In this document: positions 18,046-28,090 of the stretch, one piece after another
Numbering within the stretch: the first letter of the stretch is position 1
Layout: each line of letters starts with the position of its first letter
Assembly: GCA_965223545.1 (NCBI GenBank)
Contig: OZ245006.1
Coordinates: 3,488,001-3,552,000, forward strand
Reading direction: 5' to 3'
DNA length: 64,000 nt
DNA from: Planctomycetota bacterium
GTDB taxonomy: Bacteria; Planctomycetota; UBA1135; UBA2386
Program-made: the position numbers and the translations under genes
The notes under the pieces: generated by a model
Told to the model about the DNA's origin: nothing
Databases searched by the model: none
The model's input: the letters and a program-made list of their open reading frames with translations, nothing else

Positions 18046-18818
18046 CACGCCTCGATCAAAGCCGGTGGCATCGCATCCAGAGTGTAGATGCCGCCGCTGC
18101 GCACGGCACATTCGGGATCCGCCAGCTCGACGACGACACGCGCGACCTCGTCCGGCTGGATCAAGCGCCCGCACGCGTTGAGCGCACCGTAGCGGGCGAG
18201 CACGGCGGCCTCGTCGTGACGCCCCCGGGCGGCGATTTCGCGCGCGGCCTGGCGGGTGATGTCTGTGTCGACGAACCCGGGGCAGACCGCGTGCACGCGG
18301 ATCGGCGTGGCCGCCAGCTCGACCGCCAGCGCGCGGGTCAGGCCGACCATCGCGTGCTTGGCCGCGGTGTAGCCCGTGACCATGGGATACCCCACCAAAC
18401 CGGCGGTGGAGGCCAGCTGGATCAACACCCCGCCGCGGTCGCGCATCTCCCCGACGAGCGCCCGCGCCAGACGAAACGGTGCCGCGACGTGCAGATCGAG
18501 GACTTCCGCCAGCTGCGCATCCGTGGTGTCCTCGATCTTGGCCGACGGCGCGGTGCCCGCGTTGTTGACCAAGACCGCCACCGGCCCGAGCGCCTCGCGC
18601 GCCGCGGCCAGCACGCGGTCCGGCGCAGCCGGATCGCGCAGATCCTCCGCCACCCACGCCGCGGCTCGGCCGGCAGCCTGCAGCTCCTCGACGCGCGCCC
18701 GCAGTGCATCGGCCGAACGGGCGGCCAGCGCCACCGGCCACCCCGCCCGCGCCATGGCCTGCGCGATGGACCAACCGATGCCGCGAGAGCCGCCGGTGAT
18801 CAGCGCACAGCCGTTCAT
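18045..18818 (-). CDS. SDR family oxidoreductase
   Basis: TGGSRGIG, VNNAG, YTAAK, VCPGFVDT. Confidence 0.95.
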   Translation of the reverse strand: MNGCALITGGSRGIGWSIAQAMARAGWPVALAARSADALRARVEELQAAGRAAAWVAEDLRDPAAPDRVLAAAREALGPVAVLVNNAGTAPSAKIEDTTDAQLAEVLDLHVAAPFRLARALVGEMRDRGGVLIQLASTAGLVGYPMVTGYTAAKHAMVGLTRALAVELAATPIRVHAVCPGFVDTDITRQAAREIAARGRHDEAAVLARYGALNACGRLIQPDEVARVVVELADPECAVRSGGIYTLDAMPPALIEA

Positions 18819-19009
18819 TCCCGGAGGTTACCGCAGACCGAGGGAGACCCCTCGCGAGAATGCGCAAGCGCTTCTGACCGCCGCACTATCCGTTGGTGGT
18901 GAGGTCCTCGGCGCGGCATGATCGACGATGGCCACCCCGCCGCGGTCGAAACGCGAAATCTCACCGCTCGGTCAGCGTTTCTCCCTCTCGCCTTCTCCAG
19001 GAGCCTTCA

Positions 19010-20116
19010 ATGAACCGGTCTATCGCTTCAGCCAGCCTCTGCATCGCCGCCATGGCCGTCGCCTGCGGTGAGACGAACTCCCCGGATCCCGGCACTCCGG
19101 CGGGCACGCCGGCGGCCCAGCAGAACAACGCCGGCGGCCAGGCATCCGGCGCCGTGCAAGGCGCTGGTTCACAGGATCCCGCCCCGAGCGGCGGCTCCGT
19201 GAAGATCGACATGAACTTCGTCAAGTTGATGTTCGGCGACTACCCCGAGGCCAAGGGCCGCAACCGCACGACCCCACAGAAGGTCGCCCTGGGTCGCAAG
19301 CTGTACCACGAAGAGCGCCTGTCGCGGAACAACGACATCTCGTGCGCGACCTGCCACGACCTGAGCAATTTCGGGCAGGACGGCAAGCCCACTTCGCCGG
19401 GCACCGGAGGCCTGGCCGGCAAGCGCAACACGCCGACCAACTTCAACGCCTGGCGACAGTTCGCCCAGTTTTGGGATTACCGCGCGGACACCATCGAGGA
19501 CCAGGCGACCATGCCGATCCTCACCGCCAACGAACACGGCCTGAAGGACGACGCCGAGATCGTCTCGATCCTGTCGGGAATCGAGGACTACGGGCCGCTG
19601 TTCAAGGAGGCATTCCCGCGCGATGAGAACCCGATCACAGGCGACAACGTCCGCGCCGCGCTGGGCGCGTTCCAACGCAAGCTCAACACGCGCTCGCGGT
19701 GGGACGACTTCGTCGAGGGCGACGAAAACGCGCTCACCGACGAAGAGAAGCGCGGGTTCCTCGCCTTCAAGGACGCGACCTGCCACTCGTGCCACATGAC
19801 GCGGTTGCTCGGCGGCACGATCCCGCAGAAGCTGGGGCTCATCCGACCGATCGAGTCGGCCGACAAGGGGCGCGCCGAAGTCACCGGGGTGAAGACCGAC
19901 GAGCTGCTGTTCAAGGTGCCGCCGCTGCTCAACATCACCGAGACCGGGCCCTACTGGCACGACGGCTCGATCGAGTCGCTCGAAGAGGTGGTGCGCCTGA
20001 TGGTCAAGCACCAGGTCACCGTCCCCGTCAGCGAGGACCAGATCCAGGCGATCATGGCCTTCCTCGGCGCGCTGACTGGCGAACTCGAGGATCCCTCGGT
20101 CATCGAGGGGAGCTGA
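19010..20116 (+). CDS. Di-heme cytochrome c peroxidase (CcpA/MauG family), lipoprotein
   Basis: Lipobox AVAC; CATCH and CHSCH heme motifs; RNTPT, QFWD, FKVPPLLN, PYWHDG. Confidence 0.92.
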   Translation: MNRSIASASLCIAAMAVACGETNSPDPGTPAGTPAAQQNNAGGQASGAVQGAGSQDPAPSGGSVKIDMNFVKLMFGDYPEAKGRNRTTPQKVALGRKLYHEERLSRNNDISCATCHDLSNFGQDGKPTSPGTGGLAGKRNTPTNFNAWRQFAQFWDYRADTIEDQATMPILTANEHGLKDDAEIVSILSGIEDYGPLFKEAFPRDENPITGDNVRAALGAFQRKLNTRSRWDDFVEGDENALTDEEKRGFLAFKDATCHSCHMTRLLGGTIPQKLGLIRPIESADKGRAEVTGVKTDELLFKVPPLLNITETGPYWHDGSIESLEEVVRLMVKHQVTVPVSEDQIQAIMAFLGALTGELEDPSVIEGS

Positions 20117-20200
20117 TCGCGCGCGGCATCGCCGGGCGGCGCCCGCTCTGCTACGGCTGCGCCGTGGAGTGACCGCCGAGCTCGAGGCGATCCTTCTGGG

Positions 20201-20365
20201 CTACTTCTTCTTCTCGTTGTGCACCGTGTGGCGGCGCAGGCGAGGGCAGTACTTCTTGAGCTCCAGCTTGGGCGTGCCGGGCTTCTTGCGGATGGTGTAG
20301 TTGCGCTCACCGGTCTCGCTGCAGACCAGGTGAACGATCTCTTTCTTTTTCTTCGGCTTCGCCAT
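20201..20365 (-). CDS. rpmG: 50S ribosomal protein L33
   Basis: [28 protein letters not shown]...[21 protein letters not shown]. Confidence 0.95.
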   Translation of the reverse strand: MAKPKKKKEIVHLVCSETGERNYTIRKKPGTPKLELKKYCPRLRRHTVHNEKKK

Positions 20366-20465
20366 CGCAGAGGTCGCTCCGCTGAAATCGGGCGCCAAAG
20401 GCTAGCGAGGGAAAGGGCCGGATCAAGGCCACGCCCCGTTTCGGGGGGCGAGAAAGCGGTACAAG

Positions 20466-20498
20466 GGAAAGGCCCGGCGTTGGGGGGCCGGGCCTTCC
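20466..20498 (-). terminator. Possible intrinsic terminator between the hypothetical gene and rpmG
   Basis: 10-bp stem AAGGCCCGGC/GCCGGGCCTT followed on the minus strand by a short pyrimidine run. Confidence 0.4.
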
Positions 20499-20532
20499 AG
20501 GGGGGTTGTGCCACGGGACACTTGACTCGTGA

Positions 20533-21387
20533 TCACCCCTTCGCCGAATTCATCGGCGCCGGCGGGTTCTCAACCTGAGGCACTCTCCCCGGCCACCACG
20601 GAAAGAAGGTCTCCGGGCCCGGCGACCCCGGCAGCGGTGGACAGCCCAGCCGCCGGGCGTGCTCCGCGGCGGCGCGGATCTCGACCGCCACAGCGCCCCG
20701 GATCGCCCACGCCAGGTAGCGCAGGTCGGCGCAGCGCACCCCGCGCACCAAGCGGCGGAGCGTATCGGCGCGGTATCGCCCGCCGTGGCCACCGACCAGG
20801 TACTCCTGCGCCGCCCACCGGCGGGCCGCGTGGGGGGCCTCGCGGTGCAGGAGTGCCCGCGCGTCCAGTTCGGCCACCGGGCGGTTGCCGGCTGCCCGCT
20901 CGGCACGCCAGAGAGCGGCGAGCAAGCGAGCGGCCAGCGAAGCGCGCACGGGGTCGCCCCGGGCGCGCAGCACCAGCCCCTCGACCTGCCCGGCGTGGCC
21001 GAGGTCCAGGACCCCGGGCTCGGTGAGAAGCTCGGTCAGCTGAGTGGCATCCGCCGGGTGGCGGCCGATCTCGGCGAGAATCGAGCCGACCAGGGCCGAC
21101 AGCACCCGCCGATCCCCGCGCGCGCCGGCCTCGCGGAGGGCCGCACGCAGGGGTGTGCGAAATCTGAGTTGCGCCGCCGACGCCCCGGAGGACTGCCCGA
21201 CCAGCCCGTCGGCCGGCGAAAGGCCCGCTCCGGCGTCCAGAGGCTGCCAGGCCCGGGCGCCGCGGTGATCCGACACGGCGGCACTGCCGGACCCGGCCCG
21301 CGCTGCGGACCGCGCCGTAGCGGCCTCCAGCCCGAACCACAGCACCACGACGCCCAGGATCCCCGCCCACCAACGCCAAGCCCGCAT
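20533..21387 (-). CDS. Hypothetical exported/membrane-anchored helical protein
   Basis: N-terminal hydrophobic segment (WWAGILGVVVLWFGL), Ala/Arg/Leu-rich helices; fills the gap between real genes. Confidence 0.5.
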   Translation of the reverse strand: MRAWRWWAGILGVVVLWFGLEAATARSAARAGSGSAAVSDHRGARAWQPLDAGAGLSPADGLVGQSSGASAAQLRFRTPLRAALREAGARGDRRVLSALVGSILAEIGRHPADATQLTELLTEPGVLDLGHAGQVEGLVLRARGDPVRASLAARLLAALWRAERAAGNRPVAELDARALLHREAPHAARRWAAQEYLVGGHGGRYRADTLRRLVRGVRCADLRYLAWAIRGAVAVEIRAAAEHARRLGCPPLPGSPGPETFFPWWPGRVPQVENPPAPMNSAKG

Positions 21388-21561
21388 CTTCGATCACTCC
21401 GCGCCTTGTGCCGAGCCCACCGCCAACTCGCCATGGAGTGGCGGCGAACCCGCGGTCGGTTACGCCGCGATGGCACCGCCCGGTGCAGACACAGCCCCAC
21501 GGTGATGAGAACGCGTAGATCGAAACGCCGATGCAGAGTATGCCACCACACTCGTCACCCC

Positions 21562-24318
21562 ATGCCACGCCTCCCGAGATCGATCAGCTTCGGCGTCTTT
21601 GCCACGGCCCTCTCGATCATCCTGCTGCAGATCGCGCTGACCCGCATCTTCGCCGTGATGATGTGGCACCACCTCACCTACATGGTGGTGTCGATCGCGC
21701 TGTTGGGCTTCGGCGCCGCCGGCAGCCTGCTCACGGCGATGCGCGCCGCGGAGGACCCCCGGTCGCCGGTGCGAAGGCTGACGGTCTACACGGCCGGTTA
21801 CGGGGTCGCGGTCCTGATCGCGTTCTTCCTGTTGCGCACCATCGAAGTCGACTGCTTCGCGCTGTGGACCGACAAACGCAACCTGCTGGCCCTGCTCCTC
21901 GTCTACGCCATCACCACCGCACCGTTCCTGCTCGGCGGCATGGCACTGGGCCTGGCGCTCACCCGCTACGTCCAGCACGTCAACCGGCTGTACTTCGTCG
22001 ACTTGGTCGGCTCCGGCTTGGGCGGCGCGATCAGCGTGTGGCTGCTCGGCCAGCTGTCGGCGTCCACGACGGTCGTCCTCGCCGCGGCGATCGGGCTGGC
22101 CGCGGCCGCCGCCTTCGGCGCGACCGCGAGTGGTCCGCTGCGCTGGGGCAGCCGGGCCACGGCCGCGCTGGGCGCCATCGCGTTCTTGATCTCCAGCGGC
22201 TTCGGCCAAGGACTCGGCCTCCCGCATCTCGAGTGGCACCCGCCGTTCGCGGCCGGCAAGGACTTCGCCGGCGAAGAGGACGATCCCGAGCTCGTGCGCC
22301 TGCCCTCGGCGACCGCCGAGGTCGAGGTCGGTCGGCCGATCGCAAACCTGCCGATGCTGGGCGGCGACATCGGCTACTCGGCGATTCGCCAGATCGAGAT
22401 GCGCAACGTCGGCCAGGACGGGACCGCGCCGACGTTCTTGTTCCGCGACGCCGGCCAACTCGAGCGCTTCGACTTTCTCACCGCGGTGCAAGCGGCCTCG
22501 GCCTACGTCGCCGCGGAGGCCGCTGGTATGCGCGATCCCCGCGCCCTGGTCATCGGCGTCGGCGGCGGCATCGACGTGATGATCGCGCTGCTCTGCGGTG
22601 CGCGCCACGTCACCGCCGTCGAGCTCAACACCGCGATGATCGAGGCGGTGACCGAGCGGTTTGCAGACTACCTCGACCACTTGTTCACCCCGGGCGCCCA
22701 CACGTACAGCGACCGCATCCAGCTGGTCAACAGCGAGGGGCGCTCGTTCATGCGCAGCCGCGACGATCGCTACGACGTGATTCAGATGAGCGGCGTGGAC
22801 TCGTTCACCGCGCTCAGCACCGGCGCGTACACGCTGTCGGAGAGCTATCTGTACACCGTCGAGGCCGTCACCGAGTTCTACGAGCACCTGGAGGACGGCG
22901 GCTACATCAGCTACTCGCGATTCATCCTCCAACACCCCAAAAAGCCGCGCGAGACTCTCCGTCTCGCCAACATCGCACGTCAGGCACTGGCCGAGCTCGG
23001 GGTTGCCGATCCCGCACGGCAGATCGCGGTGTTCCAAGGGCGCAGCTGGGCTTCGACGATGATCAAACGCGGCGCCTTCACGCGCGCCGAGATCGACGCC
23101 CTGCAGGAGTTCGGCCGGCGCGAGGGTTTCTTGGGCCTGGTGTTCGATCCGCTGCTCGACGACGGGGTGCCGGCCAAGCCGGCGCTGGATTCCGTCGACT
23201 TGAGCAAGCTGCTCGACGACGCGACGCTCGACAGCGTGCTCGAACACAACGCTCCCGGGTCGTCCGCCGAGCAGCGCCGCCCCTGGATCGAGCCCCTGCT
23301 CGCCGCCTATCGCGTCCTGCTGCGAGAGGGCCGGGCACAGGCCGACTCCACACTCGCGACGACTGCCGAGACCACGCCCGAGCTGGCCGGGGCCGCGCGC
23401 CGGGCGCTGGCCCAGCTGCAGGCGCAAAGCCGGCCACCGGTCGAGGCGTTCGCGGCGACGGCGGAGATCTTCCGCTCGGTGCTGACCAGCGGCGAAGCCG
23501 ACCGCGCCGCCTTCCTGCGCTCGTACCCGTACGACCTGTCGCCCTGCACGGACGACACCCCGTTCTTCTTCAACTACTACAAGTACGGCGCGCTCTTGGC
23601 ACCGCTCGAGGCCGACGCCACCAACTCGGTCTACACGACCGACGTGCCGATCGGCCACGTCGTGCTGCTGGCCTCGCTGACCCAGGTCCTGGTGCTGGCC
23701 GTGGTGCTGATCTTCCTCCCGCTGCGCAGACTCAGCCGCGCCGGCATCCGCACCGCCGGCAGTTGGCGCTACTTCTGTTACTTCGCCGCCCTCGGCGCGG
23801 GCTTCATGTTCGTCGAGATCGTGGTCATGCAGAAGATGGTCATCTTTCTCGGTCACCCCACGTACGCGCTCTCCGTGGTACTGGCGGCTCTGCTGGTCGC
23901 TGCCGGGACCGGCTCGCTGGTCGCCGGCCGGATCCACGTGCTCTCCCGCCGCAACCTCATCCGCCTGGGCGCGGCCATCGTCGCCGCGATCGCAGCCACG
24001 TGCGCGTTCCAGACCTGGGGTCTCGATCCACTGCTGGGGCTCCCCCTACCGGTGCGGATCGGCATCGCCGTCGCCGCGCAGCTGCCGGTCGGCATCGCCC
24101 TCGGCATGGCGTTTCCCACCGGCATGCGCGTGGTCGAGCAGAACTGCCCGCAGCTGCTGCCGTGGTGCTGGGCGATCAACGGCTTCTTGTCGGTGTTCTC
24201 GGCCGTGTTCGTGATCGTGCTCAGCATGATCGTCGGCTTCACCGTGGCGCTGCTGAGCGCTGCGCTGATCTACGCGGCCGGCTTCGCAGTGATGCCGGCG
24301 GCGCGCACTGCGAGCTGA
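21562..24318 (+). CDS. Multi-pass membrane protein with a spermidine-synthase-like SAM-binding domain
   Basis: SIALLGFGAAG, LYFVDLVGSGLG, LVIGVGGGID, AVELN, EGRSF, LSESYLYTVEA, TDDTPFF, GAGFMFVE, GHPTYAL, WAING. Confidence 0.85.
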   Translation: MPRLPRSISFGVFATALSIILLQIALTRIFAVMMWHHLTYMVVSIALLGFGAAGSLLTAMRAAEDPRSPVRRLTVYTAGYGVAVLIAFFLLRTIEVDCFALWTDKRNLLALLLVYAITTAPFLLGGMALGLALTRYVQHVNRLYFVDLVGSGLGGAISVWLLGQLSASTTVVLAAAIGLAAAAAFGATASGPLRWGSRATAALGAIAFLISSGFGQGLGLPHLEWHPPFAAGKDFAGEEDDPELVRLPSATAEVEVGRPIANLPMLGGDIGYSAIRQIEMRNVGQDGTAPTFLFRDAGQLERFDFLTAVQAASAYVAAEAAGMRDPRALVIGVGGGIDVMIALLCGARHVTAVELNTAMIEAVTERFADYLDHLFTPGAHTYSDRIQLVNSEGRSFMRSRDDRYDVIQMSGVDSFTALSTGAYTLSESYLYTVEAVTEFYEHLEDGGYISYSRFILQHPKKPRETLRLANIARQALAELGVADPARQIAVFQGRSWASTMIKRGAFTRAEIDALQEFGRREGFLGLVFDPLLDDGVPAKPALDSVDLSKLLDDATLDSVLEHNAPGSSAEQRRPWIEPLLAAYRVLLREGRAQADSTLATTAETTPELAGAARRALAQLQAQSRPPVEAFAATAEIFRSVLTSGEADRAAFLRSYPYDLSPCTDDTPFFFNYYKYGALLAPLEADATNSVYTTDVPIGHVVLLASLTQVLVLAVVLIFLPLRRLSRAGIRTAGSWRYFCYFAALGAGFMFVEIVVMQKMVIFLGHPTYALSVVLAALLVAAGTGSLVAGRIHVLSRRNLIRLGAAIVAAIAATCAFQTWGLDPLLGLPLPVRIGIAVAAQLPVGIALGMAFPTGMRVVEQNCPQLLPWCWAINGFLSVFSAVFVIVLSMIVGFTVALLSAALIYAAGFAVMPAARTAS

Positions 24319-24359
24319 GCGCGGCCGGGGGCATTGTCTCTCCGATCCAGGAGGCACTG

Positions 24360-26066
24360 TCAGCGCGTCTCGGCGCGGCGGGCGCGGCGTCGTGCATCAC
24401 CATCGCCGAGCACCAGTGCCACCGGCGTACCGTTCTCGTCCAGCTCGAACGAGACTCGCCAAGCCGTTCGGCGGCGCACGTTGTAGTCGACGAACGAGAC
24501 CGCGCTCTCCGGGCGCGCGACGCGCGGCGGGTCGGCCTCCAGGATTCGGATGGAGCCGACCTCGTCGTCGCCGAAGCAGTACTCGATCCGCCGCACTCCG
24601 CGCTCGCCCACCAAGGTCAGCACGATCGCGATCTCCCCGAACCGGTGCGCACCGGGCAGCGCGCGAATCTCCCGCACGTCGCCGATGGCGTTCTGCCACC
24701 GCTGCAACAGTCCGCGGTGGCGGGCCGCGAAGTGATCGATCGGCGCGTGGCGGTCGGTGAGCGCGTGCAGCGGCGCGAGGTCGCCGTCGACCGCTGCGCG
24801 CATGGCGTCACGACTCTGCAGCTGTAGCTCGGCCAACCGCGCAGTCTGCTCGTCCCGCACCGGGTGCAGCAAGCCGCACGCCGCGGCATCGCGCGAAGAG
24901 AGCTGCAACGCGCCATCGCTCGCCGCGACCTCGACCGTGGCGCCATCCGGCAGGACCCAGCTCCCGCCGTACGCGGCCAAGGCGGGCGGCGACAGTGAGA
25001 TGATCTGCGGCAGGGCAGTGACGGGCTCGTCGAAGACGAGCTGCTCGACGTCCGGGCTGACATCGAACGCGTAGACATCGGCATGGTTGCCGGCGACCAC
25101 GATGGTGACCCGCTGGTCGGGATAGTGGCGGAAGTCGGCCGAAAAGACGTCGTTGCTGCCGTTGTGCGAAATGCGAGGTCGAGCGCCGTCTCGCACGACG
25201 CAACCGTAGCCGATGTGCACACCGGGCCGCACGGTCGCGTGGTGGGCTGTCATCGCCTGCAAGCTCGGCGCGTCCAGCACCCGGCCCCCATCAAGGACCG
25301 CGCCCCATCGCGCCAAGTCGACCACCGTGGCCATCACCCCGCCTGCACCGATCAGCCCCCAGCCGATCGGCCCGGCGTCCAGCAGCGTTCCGGTGTCTGT
25401 CCCCTCGATATAGCCGTGCGCCAGTCGGCCCGGCTCCCATTCGGGGAGATGCATGCCGGTGTCGTGCATGCCGGCGGGCTGCCAGAGCGCGCGCCGCAGG
25501 TACTGCTCGAACGAGACCCCGGCGACCCGCTCGACGACGGCCGCCAACAAGCCGTAGCCGATGTTGGAGTAGCCAAACCCACTGCCCGGCGCGAACGCGA
25601 GCTCGGTGCGCGCGGCCCGCCGCACGAAGTCCGCCACATCGGTCGCCGCCTCGACGTGGCTCGCCGCCTCCGGCAAGCCCGAGGTGTGACTCAGCAACTG
25701 GTGCAGCGTCACTTCCGCCAATCGCCCTTCCAGCTCGGTCAGGTGGCGGCCGACCGGGTCGGTGGTCGCGATCTTGCCTTCCATCTGCAGCGCGAGCACC
25801 GCCGCCGCGGTGAAGTGCTTGGTGATCGAGCCGAGGGGAAACACGGTGTCCGCTGTGACTTGCCGGTCGCGACTTCGCACCGCCAGCCCGTAGCCGCGGG
25901 CGAACTCGACCTCGCCGTCGCGAGCGACGGCGACCGCGCCGGAGAAACCGAGTGCGGCCAAGCGTGAGAGATGACCGTCGAGCCGCTGGGTCAGCGCCTC
26001 CGCGGTCTCACCCTGAGGAACCGGCGGCGCACAGCATGCCACGGCGACGAGCAAACAGACGTTCAT
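24360..26066 (-). CDS. Serine hydrolase, beta-lactamase class C / PBP family
   Basis: GSITK (SxxK), LLSHTSG, YSNIGY, HNG; signal peptide. Confidence 0.9.
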   Translation of the reverse strand: MNVCLLVAVACCAPPVPQGETAEALTQRLDGHLSRLAALGFSGAVAVARDGEVEFARGYGLAVRSRDRQVTADTVFPLGSITKHFTAAAVLALQMEGKIATTDPVGRHLTELEGRLAEVTLHQLLSHTSGLPEAASHVEAATDVADFVRRAARTELAFAPGSGFGYSNIGYGLLAAVVERVAGVSFEQYLRRALWQPAGMHDTGMHLPEWEPGRLAHGYIEGTDTGTLLDAGPIGWGLIGAGGVMATVVDLARWGAVLDGGRVLDAPSLQAMTAHHATVRPGVHIGYGCVVRDGARPRISHNGSNDVFSADFRHYPDQRVTIVVAGNHADVYAFDVSPDVEQLVFDEPVTALPQIISLSPPALAAYGGSWVLPDGATVEVAASDGALQLSSRDAAACGLLHPVRDEQTARLAELQLQSRDAMRAAVDGDLAPLHALTDRHAPIDHFAARHRGLLQRWQNAIGDVREIRALPGAHRFGEIAIVLTLVGERGVRRIEYCFGDDEVGSIRILEADPPRVARPESAVSFVDYNVRRRTAWRVSFELDENGTPVALVLGDGDARRRARRAETR

Positions 26067-26131
26067 GCAACGCCCAGGTGCCGCCGCGGCGGGATTCACC
26101 GCCGGAATCGACAAATTGCCGCGACTCCGCC

Positions 26132-26365
26132 GTTGCCGCCGCGCAAGGATTCTCGGCCCCGGACGTCTCAGCGCGGCCACGGCCGCAACCAAACTCGGAT
26201 GCCGCTCTCGCCGGAGCGGGTTGGAAGGTCTGACACATCCGCCGCCGCGCTGAGCGCAGACGCCAGTGTTGTTTTGGAGCGTCCGGGAGTTGCGGTACCG
26301 AAGTCCTGACGACAGCGGGCCCTTCGGAAAGGTTGTCGCCGCGCAAGGATTCTCGGCCCCGGACG
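26132..26365. repeat. 34-bp direct repeat pair, 200 bp apart
   Basis: GTTG(C/T)CGCCGCGCAAGGATTCTCGGCCCCGGACG at 26132-26165 and 26332-26365 (1 mismatch). Confidence 0.85.
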
Positions 26366-26366
26366 C

Positions 26367-27416
26367 TCAGTGGCCGCCGCGGTGCGCAACCAGCGCGCTG
26401 TTGGCGTTCCACGCCGAGAAGCGCACGTGCTCGACGTCGCTGAAGCCCGCCTCGCGCAACCACTCGATGGTCTCGCCGATCGCATGGTTGCGGCCTTCGG
26501 AAGTCGCCACTCGTTGCACCAAGTTGATCAGCGTCGGCCAACGCGGCGAAGTCCGGCCATCGTCCAGGAACTGAGCCTGCACGATCAGGCGTCCGCCCGG
26601 GTTGACGAAGCCGTGGCAACGACGCAACAGATCACGCGACCGCGCGGGCCCCAGCATGTGAAGCGTGTTCGACAAGAAGACAGCATCGAAGCCGTGCGAG
26701 GGCTCGTACTGCAGCGCGTCGGCGACCACGAACTCCACCGAGTCGGTCATCCCACGGGCCCCGACCAGGCGTCGCGCGTCGGCAATCGGGCGCTCGAGGT
26801 CGAGCAGCGTCGCCCGGATCTCGGGGAAGCGCTCGAGGATCGCGAGCGCGTAGGTCCCGGGTCCACAGCCCAGGTCGAGCAGCGTCGAGATTCCGGCAAA
26901 GTCCAAGTGGTCGACGAACTCCACGCCGCGGGAGCGCGCGTGCGCATCCATCGCATCCGTCATGCGGGCGACCAACGGATTGTCCCCACCACCGTCTTCG
27001 ACGAGCGACCCCGGCGGCCGACCGGTGCGCTGCGCGGTAGCCAGAGCAAACAACGGCCCGGTGAGCACGTGCATGAAGTCGAGCCACTCGCCGACGTAGT
27101 TGGCGGAGCGGGCATCGCCGAGGCAGGCCAACAGATCTTCGTGCCCGCGGTACTGGTCGCCGCGCTTGTGCAGCAGCCCGAGGGCGACGGCCGCATCCAC
27201 GATGGCGCGCAGCGTCTCCCGGTCACCGCCGACCGCGGGGGCCAACTGAGCGAAGTCTCGCGGCCCGCCGGCGAGCACTCGGAAGACGCCGAGCTCGTGC
27301 ATCGCCAGCAAGACCGCCGACTCGAAGAAGCTCTGCGCGCTCTCCAGAGTCGCGACCTGCGCTTTGACGTCCTTCAGCGCGGGCCGCACGAAACCGGCGA
27401 GGCGATCGGCTACCAT
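26367..27416 (-). CDS. O-methyltransferase (dimerisation + Methyltransf_2 domains)
   Basis: ELGVFRVL N-terminal domain, LLDLGCGPG, SNTLH, PGGRL, WLREAGF. Confidence 0.88.
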   Translation of the reverse strand: MVADRLAGFVRPALKDVKAQVATLESAQSFFESAVLLAMHELGVFRVLAGGPRDFAQLAPAVGGDRETLRAIVDAAVALGLLHKRGDQYRGHEDLLACLGDARSANYVGEWLDFMHVLTGPLFALATAQRTGRPPGSLVEDGGGDNPLVARMTDAMDAHARSRGVEFVDHLDFAGISTLLDLGCGPGTYALAILERFPEIRATLLDLERPIADARRLVGARGMTDSVEFVVADALQYEPSHGFDAVFLSNTLHMLGPARSRDLLRRCHGFVNPGGRLIVQAQFLDDGRTSPRWPTLINLVQRVATSEGRNHAIGETIEWLREAGFSDVEHVRFSAWNANSALVAHRGGH

Positions 27417-27463
27417 GGCATGGTTCTCGGCGTCGGCCACACGAGCCAACGCGGGATGCCGGG

Positions 27464-27988
27464 TTATACACCGAAACCGACGGTGGGTTCCTCGGAAGCA
27501 CGTGGTCGTCGCTCGGCGCGCGCCGCCTCGAGCTCGAGCAAGGCGCGCTTGATCGCCAGCCCGCCGGCATAGCCGGTCAGCGCGCCGTCGGCACCGATCA
27601 CGCGGTGGCAAGGCACGATGATCGCGATGGGGTTGCGGCCATTCGCGGCGCCGACCGCGCGCGCCGCGCCAACGGCGCCGATGGCGCGCGCGAGGGCGCC
27701 ATAGGTCGACGTGCGGCCGTACGGGATGCGCTGCAGGGCGCGCCAGACGCGCGCTTGGAACGGCGTGCCGCGCGGCGCGAGCGGCACGTCGAACTGCGCG
27801 CGCTCTCCCGCCAGGTACTCGCGCAGCTGGCGCCGCACGCGGGCCAAGCTCGATGGGGATCGCTGCCACCGCGCGGCCTGTTGCCGGCTGCCGAGCTCAT
27901 CGGTGAACTCGAGCTCTACCAGCCCGTCGTTGTCTACGGCTGCCCGCATCACACCGAGTCGCGTCTCGAACAAGTCGTATCGAATCAT
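27464..27988 (-). CDS. ogt: Methylated-DNA--protein-cysteine S-methyltransferase
   Basis: GTPFQARVW, IPYG, ARAVGAA, NPIAIIVPCHRVIG, GYAGG. Confidence 0.95.
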   Translation of the reverse strand: MIRYDLFETRLGVMRAAVDNDGLVELEFTDELGSRQQAARWQRSPSSLARVRRQLREYLAGERAQFDVPLAPRGTPFQARVWRALQRIPYGRTSTYGALARAIGAVGAARAVGAANGRNPIAIIVPCHRVIGADGALTGYAGGLAIKRALLELEAARAERRPRASEEPTVGFGV

Positions 27989-28090
27989 GGCGCCAGTCGA
28001 GCGGGGAGCGGCAGGCGGTGCCGGCGGAATACGGACCCCCATTTCACGCTGAGGGCACGACACCAACGCATTGCCACTAATGTGACGCCC

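Noticed and set aside
21460..24827. Very long alternative-frame and antisense ORFs (e.g. 21531-24827 +, 21460-23937 -), and similar ones throughout the window
   Set aside because: Arg/Ala/Pro-rich shadow ORFs expected in ~70% GC DNA; they overlap well-supported genes.
26132..26365. CRISPR array
   Set aside because: Only two repeats, a 166-nt spacer and no cas genes.
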